Part shown: positions 25,801 through 42,300 of the stretch, one piece after another
Numbering within the stretch: the first letter of the stretch is position 1
Layout: each line of letters begins with the position of its first letter
Source of the DNA: Auanema rhodensis
Taxonomy: Eukaryota; Animalia; Nematoda
Direction of reading: 5' to 3'
DNA length: 64,000 bases
NCBI GenBank assembly: GCA_964057225.1
Contig: OZ059896.1
Location: forward strand, 20,460,001 to 20,524,000
Translations under genes and position numbers: made by a program
Notes under the pieces: model-generated
Told to the model about the DNA's origin: nothing
Seen by the model: the letters and a program-made list of their open reading frames with translations, nothing else
Database searches by the model: none

Positions 25801-28800
25801 AACGAAAAAATTAATTCTCCAGGGTGAAAATCGAGGATATAAGTGTGAACTTATATCAGTTGATATCTCGGTGCATTTTTAAGCTAGCGCAAATCTGATA
25901 ACACAGATCGACGCAGCTTAAAAATCCGCATCGAATGCACTATACTACATTGAGAAACGCTTAATACAAAAATTAGTTATGATCGTTTGAAAAATGATGC
26001 ATTAGTGTATGTTGAGTTTCCATGTACACTCAACATTGCTTCCAAAAACATTTTGACAAAAATTTTTTCGAAAAATTTCAAAATAATTTAGCAAAAAGTA
26101 GATGTTTTTAGATTCCTTTATTCAAGGCAAAGACGATGGACAATGTTATTCAACGAAAAAATTAATTCTTCAGGGTGAAAATCGAGGATATAAGTGTGAA
26201 CTTATATCAGTTGATATCTCGGTGCATTTTTAAGCTAGCGCAAATCTGATAACACAGATCGACGCAGCTTAAAAATCCGCATCGAATGCACTATACTACA
26301 TTGAGAAACGCTTAAAACAAAAATTAGTTATGATCGTTTGAAAAATGATGCATTAGTGTATGTTGAGTTTCCATGTACACTCAACATTGCTTCCAAAAAC
26401 ATTTTGACAAAAATTTTTTCGAAAAATTTCAAAATAATTTAGCAAAAAGTAGATGTTTTTAGATTCCTTTATTCAAGGCAAAGACGATGGACAATGTTAT
26501 TCAACGAAAAAATTAATTCTTCAGGGTGAAAATCGAGGATATAAGTGTGAACTTATATCAGTTGATATCTTGGTGCATTTTTAAGCTAGCGCAAATCTGA
26601 TAACACAGATCGACGCAGCTTAAAAATCCGCATCGAATGCACTATACTACATTGAGAAACGCTTAATACAAAAATTAGTTATGATCGTTTGAAAAATGAT
26701 GCATTAGTGTATGTTGAGTTTCCATGTACACTCAACATTGCTTCCAAAAACATTTTGACAAAAATTTTTTCGAAAAATTTCAAAATAATTTAGCAAAAAG
26801 TAGATGTTTTTAGATTCCTTTTTTCAAGGCAAAGACGATGAACAATGTTATTCAACGAAAAAATTTTTTCTTCAGGGTGAAAATCGAGGATATAAGTGTG
26901 AACTTATATCAGTTGATATCTCGGTGCATTTTTAAGCTAGCGCAAATCTGATAACACAGATCGACGCAGCTTAAAAATCCGCATCGAATGCACTATACGA
27001 CATTGAGAAACGCTTAATACAAAAATTAGTTATGATCGTTTGAAAAATGATGCATTAGTGTATGTTGAGTTTCCATGTACACTCAACATTGCTTCCAAAA
27101 ACATTTTGACAAAAATTTTTTCGAAAAATTTCAAAATAATTTAGCAAAAAGTAGATGTTTTTAGATTCCTTTATTCAAGGCAAAGACGATGGACAATGTT
27201 ATTCAACGAAAAAATTAATTCTCCAGGGTGAAAATCGAGGATATAAGTGTGAACTTATATCAGTTGATATCTCGGTGCATTTTTAAGCTAGCGCAAATCT
27301 GATAACACAGATCGACGCAGCTTAAAAATCCGCATCGAATGCACTATACTACATTGAGAAACGCTTAATACAAAAATTAGTTATGATCGTTTGAAAAATG
27401 ATGCATTAGTGTATGTTGAGTTTCCATGTACACTCAACATTGCTTCCAAAAACATTTTGACAAAAATTTTTTCGAAAAATTTCAAAATAATTTAGCAAAA
27501 AGTAGATGTTTTTAGATTCCATTTTTCAAGGCAAAGACGATGGACAGTGTTATTCAACGAAAAAAATAATTCTTCAGGGTGAAAATCGAGGATATAAGTG
27601 TGAACTTATATCAGTTGATATCTCGGTGCATTTTTAAGCTAGCGCAAATCTGATAACACAGATCGACGCAGCTTAAAAATCCGCATCGAATGCACAATAC
27701 TACATTGAGAAACGCTTAATACAAAAATTAGTTATGATCGTTTGAAAAATGATGCATTAGTGTATGTTGAGTTTCCATGTACACTCAACATTGCTTCCAA
27801 AAACATTTTGACAAAAATTTTTTCGAAAAATTTCGAAATAATTTAGCAAAAAGTAGATGTTTTTAGATTCCTTTATTCAAGGCAAAGACGATGGACAATG
27901 TTATTCAACGAAAAAATTAATTCTTTAGGGTGAAAATCGAGGATATAAGTGTGAACTTATATCAGTTGATATCTTGGTGCATTTTGAAGCTAGCGCAAAT
28001 CTGATAACACAGATCGACGCAGCTTAAAAATCCGCATCGAATGCACTATACTACATTGAGAAACGCTTAATACAAAAATTAGTTATGATCGTTTGAAAAA
28101 TGATGCATTAGTGTATGTTGAGTTTCCATGTACACTCAACATTGCTTCCAAAAACATTTTGACAAAAATTTTTTCGAAAAATTTCAAAATAATTTAGCAA
28201 AAAGTAGATGTTTTTAGATTCCTTTTTTCAAGGCAAAGACGATGAACAATGTTATTCAACGAAAAAATTTTTTCTTCAGGGTGAAAATCGAGGATATAAG
28301 TGTGAACTTATATCAGTTGATATCTCGGTGCATTTTTAAGCTAGCGCAAATCTGATAACACAGATCGACGCAGCTTAAAAATCCGCATCGAATGCACTAT
28401 ACGACATTGAGAAACGCTTAATACAAAAATTAGTTATGATCGTTTGAAAAATGATGCATTAGTGTATGTTGAGTTTCCATGTACACTCAACATTGCTTCC
28501 AAAAACATTTTGACAAAAATTTTTTCGAAAAATTTCAAAATAATTTAGCAAAAAGTAGATGTTTTTAGATTCCTTTATTCAAGGCAAAGACGATGGACAA
28601 TGTTATTCAACGAAAAAATTAATTCTCCAGGGTGAAAATCGAGGATATAAGTGTGAACTTATATCAGTTGATATCTCGGTGCATTTTTAAGCTAGCGCAA
28701 ATCTGATAACACAGATCGACGCAGCTTAAAAATCCGCATCGAATGCACTATACTACATTGAGAAACGCTTAATACAAAAATTAGTTATGATCGTTTGAAA

Positions 28801-31800
28801 AATGATGCATTAGTGTATGTTGAGTTTCCATGTACACTCAACATTGCTTCCAAAAACATTTTGACAAAAATTTTTTCGAAAAATTTCAAAATAATTTAGC
28901 AAAAAGTAGATGTTTTTAGATTCCTTTATTCAAGGCAAAGACGATGGACAATGTTATTCAACGAAAAAATTAATTCTTCAGGGTGAAAATCGAGGATATA
29001 AGTGTGAACTTATATCAGTTGATATCTCGGTGCATTTTTAAGCTAGCGCAAATCTGATAACACAGATCGACGCAGCTTAAAAATCCGCATCGAATGCACT
29101 ATACTACATTGAGAAACGCTTAATACAAAAATTAGTTATGATCGTTTGAAAAATGATGCATTAGTGTATGTTGAGTTTCCATGTACACTCAACATTGCTT
29201 CCAAAAACATTTTGACAAAAATTTTTTCGAAAAATTTCAAAATAATTTAGCAAAAAGTAGATGTTTTTAGATTCCATTTTTCAAGGCAAAGACGATGGAC
29301 AGTGTTATTCAACGAAAAAAATAATTCTTCAGGGTGAAAATCGAGGATATAAGTGTGAACTTATATCAGTTGATATCTCGGTGCATTTTTAAGCTAGCGC
29401 AAATCTGATAACACAGATCGACGCAGCTTAAAAATCCGCATCGAATGCACAATACTACATTGAGAAACGCTTAATACAAAAATTAGTTATGATCGTTTGA
29501 AAAATGATGCATTAGTGTATGTTGAGTTTCCATGTACACTCAACATTGCTTCCAAAAACATTTTGACAAAAATTTTTTCGAAAAATTTCGAAATAATTTA
29601 GCAAAAAGTAGATGTTTTTAGATTCCTTTATTCAAGGCAAAGACGATGGACAATGTTATTCAACGAAAAAATTAATTCTTTAGGGTGAAAATCGAGGATA
29701 TAAGTGTGAACTTATATCAGTTGATATCTTGGTGCATTTTTAAGCTAGCGCAAATCTGATAACACAGATCGACGCAGCTTAAAAATCCGCATCGAATGCA
29801 CTATACTACATTGAGAAACGCTTAATACAAAAATTAGTTATGATCGTTTGAAAAATGATGCATTAGTGTATGTTGAGTTTCCATGTACACTCAACATTGC
29901 TTCCAAAAACATTTTGACAAAAATTTTTTCGAAAAATTTCAAAATAATTTAGCAAAAAGTAGATGTTTTTAGATTCCTTTTTTCAAGGCAAAGACGATGA
30001 ACAATGTTATTCAACGAAAAAATTTTTTCTTCAGGGTGAAAATCGAGGATATAAGTGTGAACTTATATCAGTTGATATCTCGGTGCATTTTTAAGCTAGC
30101 GCAAATCTGATAACACAGATCGACGCAGCTTAAAAATCCGCATCGAATGCACTATACGACATTGAGAAACGCTTAATACAAAAATTAGTTATGATCGTTT
30201 GAAAAATGATGCATTAGTGTATGTTGAGTTTCCATGTACACTCAACATTGCTTCCAAAAACATTTTGACAAAAATTTTTTCGAAAAATTTCGAAATAATT
30301 TAGCAAAAAGTAGATGTTTTTAGATTCCTTTATTCAAGGCAAAGACGATGGACAATGTTATTCAACGAAAAAATTAATTCTTTAGGGTGAAAATCGAGGA
30401 TATAAGTGTGAACTTATATCAGTTGATATCTTGGTGCATTTTTAAGCTAGCGCAAATCTGATAACACAGATCGACGCAGCTTAAAAATCCGCATCGAATG
30501 CACTATACTACATTGAGAAACGCTTAATACAAAAATTAGTTATGATCGTTTGAAAAATGATGCATTAGTGTATGTTGAGTTTCCATGTACACTCAACATT
30601 GCTTCCAAAAACATTTTGACAAAAATTTTTTCGAAAAATTTCAAAATAATTTAGCAAAAAGTAGATGTTTTTAGATTCCTTTTTTCAAGGCAAAGACGAT
30701 GAACAATGTTATTCAACGAAAAAATTTTTTCTTCAGGGTGAAAATCGAGGATATAAGTGTGAACTTATATCAGTTGATATCTCGGTGCATTTTTAAGCTA
30801 GCGCAAATCTGATAACACAGATCGACGCAGCTTAAAAATCCGCATCGAATGCACTATACGACATTGAGAAACGCTTAATACAAAAATTAGTTATGATCGT
30901 TTGAAAAATGATGCATTAGTGTATGTTGAGTTTCCATGTACACTCAACATTGCTTCCAAAAACATTTTGACAAAAATTTTTTCGAAAAATTTCAAAATAA
31001 TTTAGCAAAAAGTAGATGTTTTTAGATTCCTTTATTCAAGGCAAAGACGATGGACAATGTTATTCAACGAAAAAATTAATTCTCCAGGGTGAAAATCGAG
31101 GATATAAGTGTGAACTTATATCAGTTGATATCTCGGTGCATTTTTAAGCTAGCGCAAATCTGATAACACAGATCGACGCAGCTTAAAAATCCGCATCGAA
31201 TGCACTATACTACATTGAGAAACGCTTAATACAAAAATTAGTTATGATCGTTTGAAAAATGATGCATTAGTGTATGTTGAGTTTCCATGTACACTCAACA
31301 TTGCTTCCAAAAACATTTTGACAAAAATTTTTTCGAAAAATTTCAAAATAATTTAGCAAAAAGTAGATGTTTTTAGATTCCTTTATTCAAGGCAAAGACG
31401 ATGGACAATGTTATTCAACGAAAAAATTAATTCTTCAGGGTGAAAATCGAGGATATAAGTGTGAACTTATATCAGTTGATATCTCGGTGCATTTTTAAGC
31501 TAGCGCAAATCTGATAACACAGATCGACGCAGCTTAAAAATCCGCATCGAATGCACTATACTACATTGAGAAACGCTTAATACAAAAATTAGTTATGATC
31601 GTTTGAAAAATGATGCATTAGTGTATGTTGAGTTTCCATGTACACTCAACATTGCTTCCAAAAACATTTTGACAAAAATTTTTTCGAAAAATTTCAAAAT
31701 AATTTAGCAAAAAGTAGATGTTTTTAGATTCCATTTTTCAAGGCAAAGACGATGGACAGTGTTATTCAACGAAAAAAATAATTCTTCAGGGTGAAAATCG

Positions 31801-33345
31801 AGGATATAAGTGTGAACTTATATCAGTTGATATCTCGGTGCATTTTTAAGCTAGCGCAAATCTGATAACACAGATCGACGCAGCTTAAAAATCCGCATCG
31901 AATGCACAATACTACATTGAGAAACGCTTAATACAAAAATTAGTTATGATCGTTTGAAAAATGATGCATTAGTGTATGTTGAGTTTCCATGTACACTCAA
32001 CATTGCTTCCAAAAACATTTTGACAAAAATTTTTTCGAAAAATTTCGAAATAATTTAGCAAAAAGTAGATGTTTTTAGATTCCTTTATTCAAGGCAAAGA
32101 CGATGGACAATGTTATTCAACGAAAAAATTAATTCTTTAGGGTGAAAATCGAGGATATAAGTGTGAACTTATATCAGTTGATATCTTGGTGCATTTTTAA
32201 GCTAGCGCAAATCTGATAACACAGATCGACGCAGCTTAAAAATCCGCATCGAATGCACTATACTACATTGAGAAACGCTTAATACAAAAATTAGTTATGA
32301 TCGTTTGAAAAATGATGCATTAGTGTATGTTGAGTTTCCATGTACACTCAACATTGCTTCCAAAAACATTTTGACAAAAATTTTTTCGAAAAATTTCAAA
32401 ATAATTTAGCAAAAAGTAGATGTTTTTAGATTCCTTTTTTCAAGGCAAAGACGATGAACAATGTTATTCAACGAAAAAATTTTTTCTTCAGGGTGAAAAT
32501 CGAGGATATAAGTGTGAACTTATATCAGTTGATATCTCGGTGCATTTTTAAGCTAGCGCAAATCTGATAACACAGATCGACGCAGCTTAAAAATCCGCAT
32601 CGAATGCACTATACGACATTGAGAAACGCTTAATACAAAAATTAGTTATGATCGTTTGAAAAATGATGCATTAGTGTATGTTGAGTTTCCATGTACACTC
32701 AACATTGCTTCCAAAAACATTTTGACAAAAATTTTTTCGAAAAATTTCAAAATAATTTAGCAAAAAGTAGATGTTTTTAGATTCCTTTATTCAAGGCAAA
32801 GACGATGGACAATGTTATTCAACGAAAAAATTAATTCTCCAGGGTGAAAATCGAGGATATAAGTGTGAACTTATATCAGTTGATATCTCGGTGCATTTTT
32901 AAGCTAGCGCAAATCTGATAACACAGATCGACGCAGCTTAAAAATCCGCATCGAATGCACTATACTACATTAAGAAACGCTTAATACAAAAATTAGTTAT
33001 GATCGTTTGAAAAATGATGCATTAGTGTATGTTGAGTTTCCATGTACACTCAACATTGCTTCCAAAAACATTTTGACAAAAATTTTTTCGAAAAATTTCA
33101 AAATAATTTAGCAAAAAGTAGATGTTTTTAGATTCCTTTATTCAAGGCAAAGACGATGGACAATGTTATTCAACGAAAAAATTAATTCTTCAGGGTGAAA
33201 ATCGAGGATATAAGTGTGAACTTATATCAGTTGATATCTCGGTGCATTTTTAAGCTAGCGCAAATCTGATAACACAGATCGACGCAGCTTAAAAATCCGC
33301 ATCGAATGCACTATACTACATTGAGAAACGCTTAATACAAAAATT
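22816..33345. repeat. 5-mer higher-order repeat (1755 bp) domain with truncated and extended variants
   Basis: Ordered haplotypes: G (169G,188A,318A); B (106G,CCTTTAT,197T,246T); F (CCTTTTT,165A,190-191TT,323G); I (CCTTTAT,196C); J (CCTTTAT). Units start at 22816, 24571, 27379, 29134 (7-mer with an extra B-F) and 31591, and again at 37558. Confidence 0.9.
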
Positions 33346-36300
33346 AGTTATGATCGTTTGAAAAATGATGCATTAGTGTATGTTGAGTTTCCATGTACAC
33401 TCAACATTGCTTCCAAAAACATTTTGACAAAAATTTTTTCGAAAAATTTCAAAATAATTTAGCAAAAAGTAGATGTTTTTAGATTCCTTTATTCAAGGCA
33501 AAGACGATGGACAATGTTATTCAACGAAAAAATTAATTCTTCAGGGTGAAAATCGAGGATATAAGTGTGAACTTATATCAGTTGATATCTCGGTACATTT
33601 TTAAGCTAGCGCAAATCTGATAACACAGATCGACGCAGCTTAAAAATCCGCATCGAATGCACTATACTACATTGAGAAACGCTTAATACAAAAATTAGTT
33701 ATGATCGTTTGAAAAATGATGCATTAGTGTATGTTGAGTTTCCATGTACACTCAACATTGCTTCCAAAAACATTTTGACAAAAATTTTTTCGAAAAATTT
33801 CAAAATAATTTAGCAAAAAGTAGATGTTTTTAGATTCCTTTATTCAAGGCAAAGACGATGGACAATGTTATTCAACGAAAAAATTAATTCTTCAGGGTGA
33901 AAATCGAGGATATAAGTGTGAACTTATATCAGTTGATATCTCGGTGCATTTTTAAGCTAGCGCAAATCTGATAACACAGATCGACGCAGCTTAAAAATCC
34001 GCATCGAATGCACTATACTACATTGAGAAACGCTTAATACAAAAATTAGTTATGATCGTTTGAAAAATGATGCATTAGTGTATGTTGAGTTTCCATGTAC
34101 ACTCAACATTGCTTCCAAAAACATTTTGACAAAAATTTTTTCGAAAAATTTCAAAATAATTTAGCAAAAAGTGGATGTTTTTAGATTCCATTTTTCAAGG
34201 CAAAGACGATGGACAGTGTTATTCAACGAAAAAATTAATTCTTCAGGGTGAAAATCGAGGATATAAGTGTGAACTTATATCAGTTGATATCTCGGTGCAT
34301 TTTTAAGCTAGCGCAAATCTGATAACACAGATCGACGCAGCTTAAAAATCCGCATCGAATGCACTATACTACATTGAGAAACGCTTAATACAAAAATTAG
34401 TTATGATCGTTTGAAAAATGATGCATTAGTGTATGTTGAGTTTCCATGTACACTCAACATTGCTTCCAAAAACATTTTGACAAAAATTTTTTCGAAAAAT
34501 TTCAAAATAATTTAGCAAAAAGTAGATGTTTTTAGATTCCTTTATTCAAGGCAAAGACGATGGACAATGTTATTCAACGAAAAAATTAATTCTTCAGGGT
34601 GAAAATCGAGGATATAAGTGTGAACTTATATCAGTTGATATCTCGGTACATTTTTAAGCTAGCGCAAATCTGATAACACAGATCGACGCAGCTTAAAAAT
34701 CCGCATCGAATGCACTATACTACATTGAGAAACGCTTAATACAAAAATTAGTTATGATCGTTTGAAAAATGATGCATTAGTGTATGTTGAGTTTCCATGT
34801 ACACTCAACATTGCTTCCAAAAACATTTTGACAAAAATTTTTTCGAAAAATTTCAAAATAATTTAGCAAAAAGTAGATGTTTTTAGATTCCTTTATTCAA
34901 GGCAAAGACGATGGACAATGTTATTCAACGAAAAAATTAATTCTTCAGGGTGAAAATCGAGGATATAAGTGTGAACTTATATCAGTTGATATCTCGGTGC
35001 ATTTTTAAGCTAGCGCAAATCTGATAACACAGATCGACGCAGCTTAAAAATCCGCATCGAATGCACTATACTACATTGAGAAACGCTTAATACAAAAATT
35101 AGTTATGATCGTTTGAAAAATGATGCATTAGTGTATGTTGAGTTTCCATGTACACTCAACATTGCTTCCAAAAACATTTTGACAAAAATTTTTTCGAAAA
35201 ATTTCAAAATAATTTAGCAAAAAGTGGATGTTTTTAGATTCCATTTTTCAAGGCAAAGACGATGGACAGTGTTATTCAACGAAAAAATTAATTCTTCAGG
35301 GTGAAAATCGAGGATATAAGTGTGAACTTATATCAGTTGATATCTCGGTGCATTTTTAAGCTAGCGCAAATCTGATAACACAGATCGACGCAGCTTAAAA
35401 ATCCGCATCGAATGCACTATACTACATTGAGAAACGCTTAATACAAAAATTAGTTATGATCGTTTGAAAAATGATGCATTAGTGTATGTTGAGTTTCCAT
35501 GTACACTCAACATTGCTTCCAAAAACATTTTGACAAAAATTTTTTCGAAAAATTTCAAAATAATTTAGCAAAAAGTAGATGTTTTTAGATTCCATTTTTC
35601 AAGGCAAAGACGATGGACAGTGTTATTCAACGAAAAAAATAATTCTTCAGGGTGAAAATCGAGGATATAAGTGTGAACTTATATCAGTTGATATCTCGGT
35701 GCATTTTTAAGCTAGCGCAAATCTGATAACACAGATCGACGCAGCTTAAAAATCCGCATCGAATGCACTATACTACATTGAAAAACGCTTAATACAAAAA
35801 TTAGTTATGATCGTTTGAAAAATGATGCATTAGTGTATGTTGAGTTTCCATGTACACTCAACATTGCTTCCAAAAACATTTTGACAAAAATTTTTTCGAA
35901 AAATTTCAAAATAATTTAGCAAAAAGTGGATGTTTTTAGATTCCATTTTTCAAGGCAAAGACGATGGACAGTGTTATTCAACGAAAAAATTAATTCTTCA
36001 GGGTGAAAATCGAGGATATAAGTGTGAACTTATATCAGTTGATATCTCGGTGCATTTTTAAGCTAGCGCAAATCTGATAACACAGATCGACGCAGCTTAA
36101 AAATCCGCATCGAATGCACTATACTACATTGAGAAACGCTTAATACAAAAATTAGTTATGATCGTTTGAAAAATGATGCATTAGTGTATGTTGAGTTTCC
36201 ATGTACACTCAACATTGCTTCCAAAAACATTTTGACAAAAATTTTTTCGAAAAATTTCAAAATAATTTAGCAAAAAGTAGATGTTTTTAGATTCCATTTT

Positions 36301-39300
36301 TCAAGGCAAAGACGATGGACAGTGTTATTCAACGAAAAAAATAATTCTTCAGGGTGAAAATCGAGGATATAAGTGTGAACTTATATCAGTTGATATCTCG
36401 GTGCATTTTTAAGCTAGCGCAAATCTGATAACACAGATCGACGCAGCTTAAAAATCCGCATCGAATGCACTATACTACATTGAGAAACGCTTAATACAAA
36501 AATTAGTTATGATCGTTTGAAAAATGATGCATTAGTGTATGTTGAGTTTCCATGTACACTCAACATTGCTTCCAAAAACATTTTGACAAAAATTTTTTCG
36601 AAAAATTTCAAAATAATTTAGCAAAAAGTAGATGTTTTTAGATTCCTTTTTTCAAGGCAAAGACGATGAACAATGTTATTCAACGAAAAAATTTTTTCTT
36701 CAGGGTGAAAATCGAGGATATAAGTGTGAACTTATATCAGTTGATATCTCGGTGCATTTTTAAGCTAGCGCAAATCTGATAACACAGATCGACGCAGCTT
36801 AAAAATCCGCATCGAATGCACTATACGACATTGAGAAACGCTTAATACAAAAATTAGTTATGATCGTTTGAAAAATGATGCATTAGTGTATGTTGAGTTT
36901 CCATGTACACTCAACATTGCTTCCAAAAACATTTTGACAAAAATTTTTTCGAAAAATTTCAAAATAATTTAGCAAAAAGTAGATGTTTTTAGATTCCTTT
37001 ATTCAAGGCAAAGACGATGGACAATGTTATTCAACGAAAAAATTAATTCTCCAGGGTGAAAATCGAGGATATAAGTGTGAACTTATATCAGTTGATATCT
37101 CGGTGCATTTTTAAGCTAGCGCAAATCTGATAACACAGATCGACGCAGCTTAAAAATCCGCATCGAATGCACTATACTACATTGAGAAACGCTTAATACA
37201 AAAATTAGTTATGATCGTTTGAAAAATGATGCATTAGTGTATGTTGAGTTTCCATGTACACTCAACATTGCTTCCAAAAACATTTTGACAAAAATTTTTT
37301 CGAAAAATTTCAAAATAATTTAGCAAAAAGTAGATGTTTTTAGATTCCTTTATTCAAGGCAAAGACGATGGACAATGTTATTCAACGAAAAAATTAATTC
37401 TTCAGGGTGAAAATCGAGGATATAAGTGTGAACTTATATCAGTTGATATCTCGGTGCATTTTTAAGCTAGCGCAAATCTGATAACACAGATCGACGCAGC
37501 TTAAAAATCCGCATCGAATGCACTATACTACATTGAGAAACGCTTAATACAAAAATTAGTTATGATCGTTTGAAAAATGATGCATTAGTGTATGTTGAGT
37601 TTCCATGTACACTCAACATTGCTTCCAAAAACATTTTGACAAAAATTTTTTCGAAAAATTTCAAAATAATTTAGCAAAAAGTAGATGTTTTTAGATTCCA
37701 TTTTTCAAGGCAAAGACGATGGACAGTGTTATTCAACGAAAAAAATAATTCTTCAGGGTGAAAATCGAGGATATAAGTGTGAACTTATATCAGTTGATAT
37801 CTCGGTGCATTTTTAAGCTAGCGCAAATCTGATAACACAGATCGACGCAGCTTAAAAATCCGCATCGAATGCACAATACTACATTGAGAAACGCTTAATA
37901 CAAAAATTAGTTATGATCGTTTGAAAAATGATGCATTAGTGTATGTTGAGTTTCCATGTACACTCAACATTGCTTCCAAAAACATTTTGACAAAAATTTT
38001 TTCGAAAAATTTCGAAATAATTTAGCAAAAAGTAGATGTTTTTAGATTCCTTTATTCAAGGCAAAGACGATGGACAATGTTATTCAACGAAAAAATTAAT
38101 TCTTTAGGGTGAAAATCGAGGATATAAGTGTGAACTTATATCAGTTGATATCTTGGTGCATTTTTAAGCTAGCGCAAATCTGATAACACAGATCGACGCA
38201 GCTTAAAAATCCGCATCGAATGCACTATACTACATTGAGAAACGCTTAATACAAAAATTAGTTATGATCGTTTGAAAAATGATGCATTAGTGTATGTTGA
38301 GTTTCCATGTACACTCAACATTGCTTCCAAAAACATTTTGACAAAAATTTTTTCGAAAAATTTCAAAATAATTTAGCAAAAAGTAGATGTTTTTAGATTC
38401 CTTTTTTCAAGGCAAAGACGATGAACAATGTTATTCAACGAAAAAATTTTTTCTTCAGGGTGAAAATCGAGGATATAAGTGTGAACTTATATCAGTTGAT
38501 ATCTCGGTGCATTTTTAAGCTAGCGCAAATCTGATAACACAGATCGACGCAGCTTAAAAATCCGCATCGAATGCACTATACGACATTGAGAAACGCTTAA
38601 TACAAAAATTAGTTATGATCGTTTGAAAAATGATGCATTAGTGTATGTTGAGTTTCCATGTACACTCAACATTGCTTCCAAAAACATTTTGACAAAAATT
38701 TTTTCGAAAAATTTCAAAATAATTTAGCAAAAAGTAGATGTTTTTAGATTCCTTTATTCAAGGCAAAGACGATGGACAATGTTATTCAACGAAAAAATTA
38801 ATTCTCCAGGGTGAAAATCGAGGATATAAGTGTGAACTTATATCAGTTGATATCTCGGTGCATTTTTAAGCTAGCGCAAATCTGATAACACAGATCGACG
38901 CAGCTTAAAAATCCGCATCGAATGCACTATACTACATTAAGAAACGCTTAATACAAAAATTAGTTATGATCGTTTGAAAAATGATGCATTAGTGTATGTT
39001 GAGTTTCCATGTACACTCAACATTGCTTCCAAAAACATTTTGACAAAAATTTTTTCGAAAAATTTCAAAATAATTTAGCAAAAAGTAGATGTTTTTAGAT
39101 TCCTTTATTCAAGGCAAAGACGATGGACAATGTTATTCAACGAAAAAATTAATTCTTCAGGGTGAAAATCGAGGATATAAGTGTGAACTTATATCAGTTG
39201 ATATCTCGGTGCATTTTTAAGCTAGCGCAAATCTGATAACACAGATCGACGCAGCTTAAAAATCCGCATCGAATGCACTATACTACATTGAGAAACGCTT

Positions 39301-42300
39301 AATACAAAAATTAGTTATGATCGTTTGAAAAATGATGCATTAGTGTATGTTGAGTTTCCATGTACACTCAACATTGCTTCCAAAAACATTTTGACAAAAA
39401 TTTTTTCGAAAAATTTCAAAATAATTTAGCAAAAAGTAGATGTTTTTAGATTCCTTTATTCAAGGCAAAGACGATGGACAATGTTATTCAACGAAAAAAT
39501 TAATTCTTCAGGGTGAAAATCGAGGATATAAGTGTGAACTTATATCAGTTGATATCTCGGTACATTTTTAAGCTAGCGCAAATCTGATAACACAGATCGA
39601 CGCAGCTTAAAAATCCGCATCGAATGCACTATACTACATTGAGAAACGCTTAATACAAAAATTAGTTATGATCGTTTGAAAAATGATGCATTAGTGTATG
39701 TTGAGTTTCCATGTACACTCAACATTGCTTCCAAAAACATTTTGACAAAAATTTTTTCGAAAAATTTCAAAATAATTTAGCAAAAAGTAGATGTTTTTAG
39801 ATTCCTTTATTCAAGGCAAAGACGATGGACAATGTTATTCAACGAAAAAATTAATTCTTCAGGGTGAAAATCGAGGATATAAGTGTGAACTTATATCAGT
39901 TGATATCTCGGTGCATTTTTAAGCTAGCGCAAATCTGATAACACAGATCGACGCAGCTTAAAAATCCGCATCGAATGCACTATACTACATTGAGAAACGC
40001 TTAATACAAAAATTAGTTATGATCGTTTGAAAAATGATGCATTAGTGTATGTTGAGTTTCCATGTACACTCAACATTGCTTCCAAAAACATTTTGACAAA
40101 AATTTTTTCGAAAAATTTCAAAATAATTTAGCAAAAAGTGGATGTTTTTAGATTCCATTTTTCAAGGCAAAGACGATGGACAGTGTTATTCAACGAAAAA
40201 ATTAATTCTTCAGGGTGAAAATCGAGGATATAAGTGTGAACTTATATCAGTTGATATCTCGGTGCATTTTTAAGCTAGCGCAAATCTGATAACACAGATC
40301 GACGCAGCTTAAAAATCCGCATCGAATGCACTATACTACATTGAGAAACGCTTAATACAAAAATTAGTTATGATCGTTTGAAAAATGATGCATTAGTGTA
40401 TGTTGAGTTTCCATGTACACTCAACATTGCTTCCAAAAACATTTTGACAAAAATTTTTTCGAAAAATTTCAAAATAATTTAGCAAAAAGTAGATGTTTTT
40501 AGATTCCTTTATTCAAGGCAAAGACGATGGACAATGTTATTCAACGAAAAAATTAATTCTTCAGGGTGAAAATCGAGGATATAAGTGTGAACTTATATCA
40601 GTTGATATCTCGGTACATTTTTAAGCTAGCGCAAATCTGATAACACAGATCGACGCAGCTTAAAAATCCGCATCGAATGCACTATACTACATTGAGAAAC
40701 GCTTAATACAAAAATTAGTTATGATCGTTTGAAAAATGATGCATTAGTGTATGTTGAGTTTCCATGTACACTCAACATTGCTTCCAAAAACATTTTGACA
40801 AAAATTTTTTCGAAAAATTTCAAAATAATTTAGCAAAAAGTAGATGTTTTTAGATTCCTTTATTCAAGGCAAAGACGATGGACAATGTTATTCAACGAAA
40901 AAATTAATTCTTCAGGGTGAAAATCGAGGATATAAGTGTGAACTTATATCAGTTGATATCTCGGTGCATTTTTAAGCTAGCGCAAATCTGATAACACAGA
41001 TCGACGCAGCTTAAAAATCCGCATCGAATGCACTATACTACATTGAGAAACGCTTAATACAAAAATTAGTTATGATCGTTTGAAAAATGATGCATTAGTG
41101 TATGTTGAGTTTCCATGTACACTCAACATTGCTTCCAAAAACATTTTGACAAAAATTTTTTCGAAAAATTTCAAAATAATTTAGCAAAAAGTGGATGTTT
41201 TTAGATTCCATTTTTCAAGGCAAAGACGATGGACAGTGTTATTCAACGAAAAAATTAATTCTTCAGGGTGAAAATCGAGGATATAAGTGTGAACTTATAT
41301 CAGTTGATATCTCGGTGCATTTTTAAGCTAGCGCAAATCTGATAACACAGATCGACGCAGCTTAAAAATCCGCATCGAATGCACTATACTACATTGAGAA
41401 ACGCTTAATACAAAAATTAGTTATGATCGTTTGAAAAATGATGCATTAGTGTATGTTGAGTTTCCATGTACACTCAACATTGCTTCCAAAAACATTTTGA
41501 CAAAAATTTTTTCGAAAAATTTCAAAATAATTTAGCAAAAAGTAGATGTTTTTAGATTCCATTTTTCAAGGCAAAGACGATGGACAGTGTTATTCAACGA
41601 AAAAAATAATTCTTCAGGGTGAAAATCGAGGATATAAGTGTGAACTTATATCAGTTGATATCTCGGTGCATTTTTAAGCTAGCGCAAATCTGATAACACA
41701 GATCGACGCAGCTTAAAAATCCGCATCGAATGCACTATACTACATTGAAAAACGCTTAATACAAAAATTAGTTATGATCGTTTGAAAAATGATGCATTAG
41801 TGTATGTTGAGTTTCCATGTACACTCAACATTGCTTCCAAAAACATTTTGACAAAAATTTTTTCGAAAAATTTCAAAATAATTTAGCAAAAAGTGGATGT
41901 TTTTAGATTCCATTTTTCAAGGCAAAGACGATGGACAGTGTTATTCAACGAAAAAATTAATTCTTCAGGGTGAAAATCGAGGATATAAGTGTGAACTTAT
42001 ATCAGTTGATATCTCGGTGCATTTTTAAGCTAGCGCAAATCTGATAACACAGATCGACGCAGCTTAAAAATCCGCATCGAATGCACTATACTACATTGAG
42101 AAACGCTTAATACAAAAATTAGTTATGATCGTTTGAAAAATGATGCATTAGTGTATGTTGAGTTTCCATGTACACTCAACATTGCTTCCAAAAACATTTT
42201 GACAAAAATTTTTTCGAAAAATTTCAAAATAATTTAGCAAAAAGTAGATGTTTTTAGATTCCATTTTTCAAGGCAAAGACGATGGACAGTGTTATTCAAC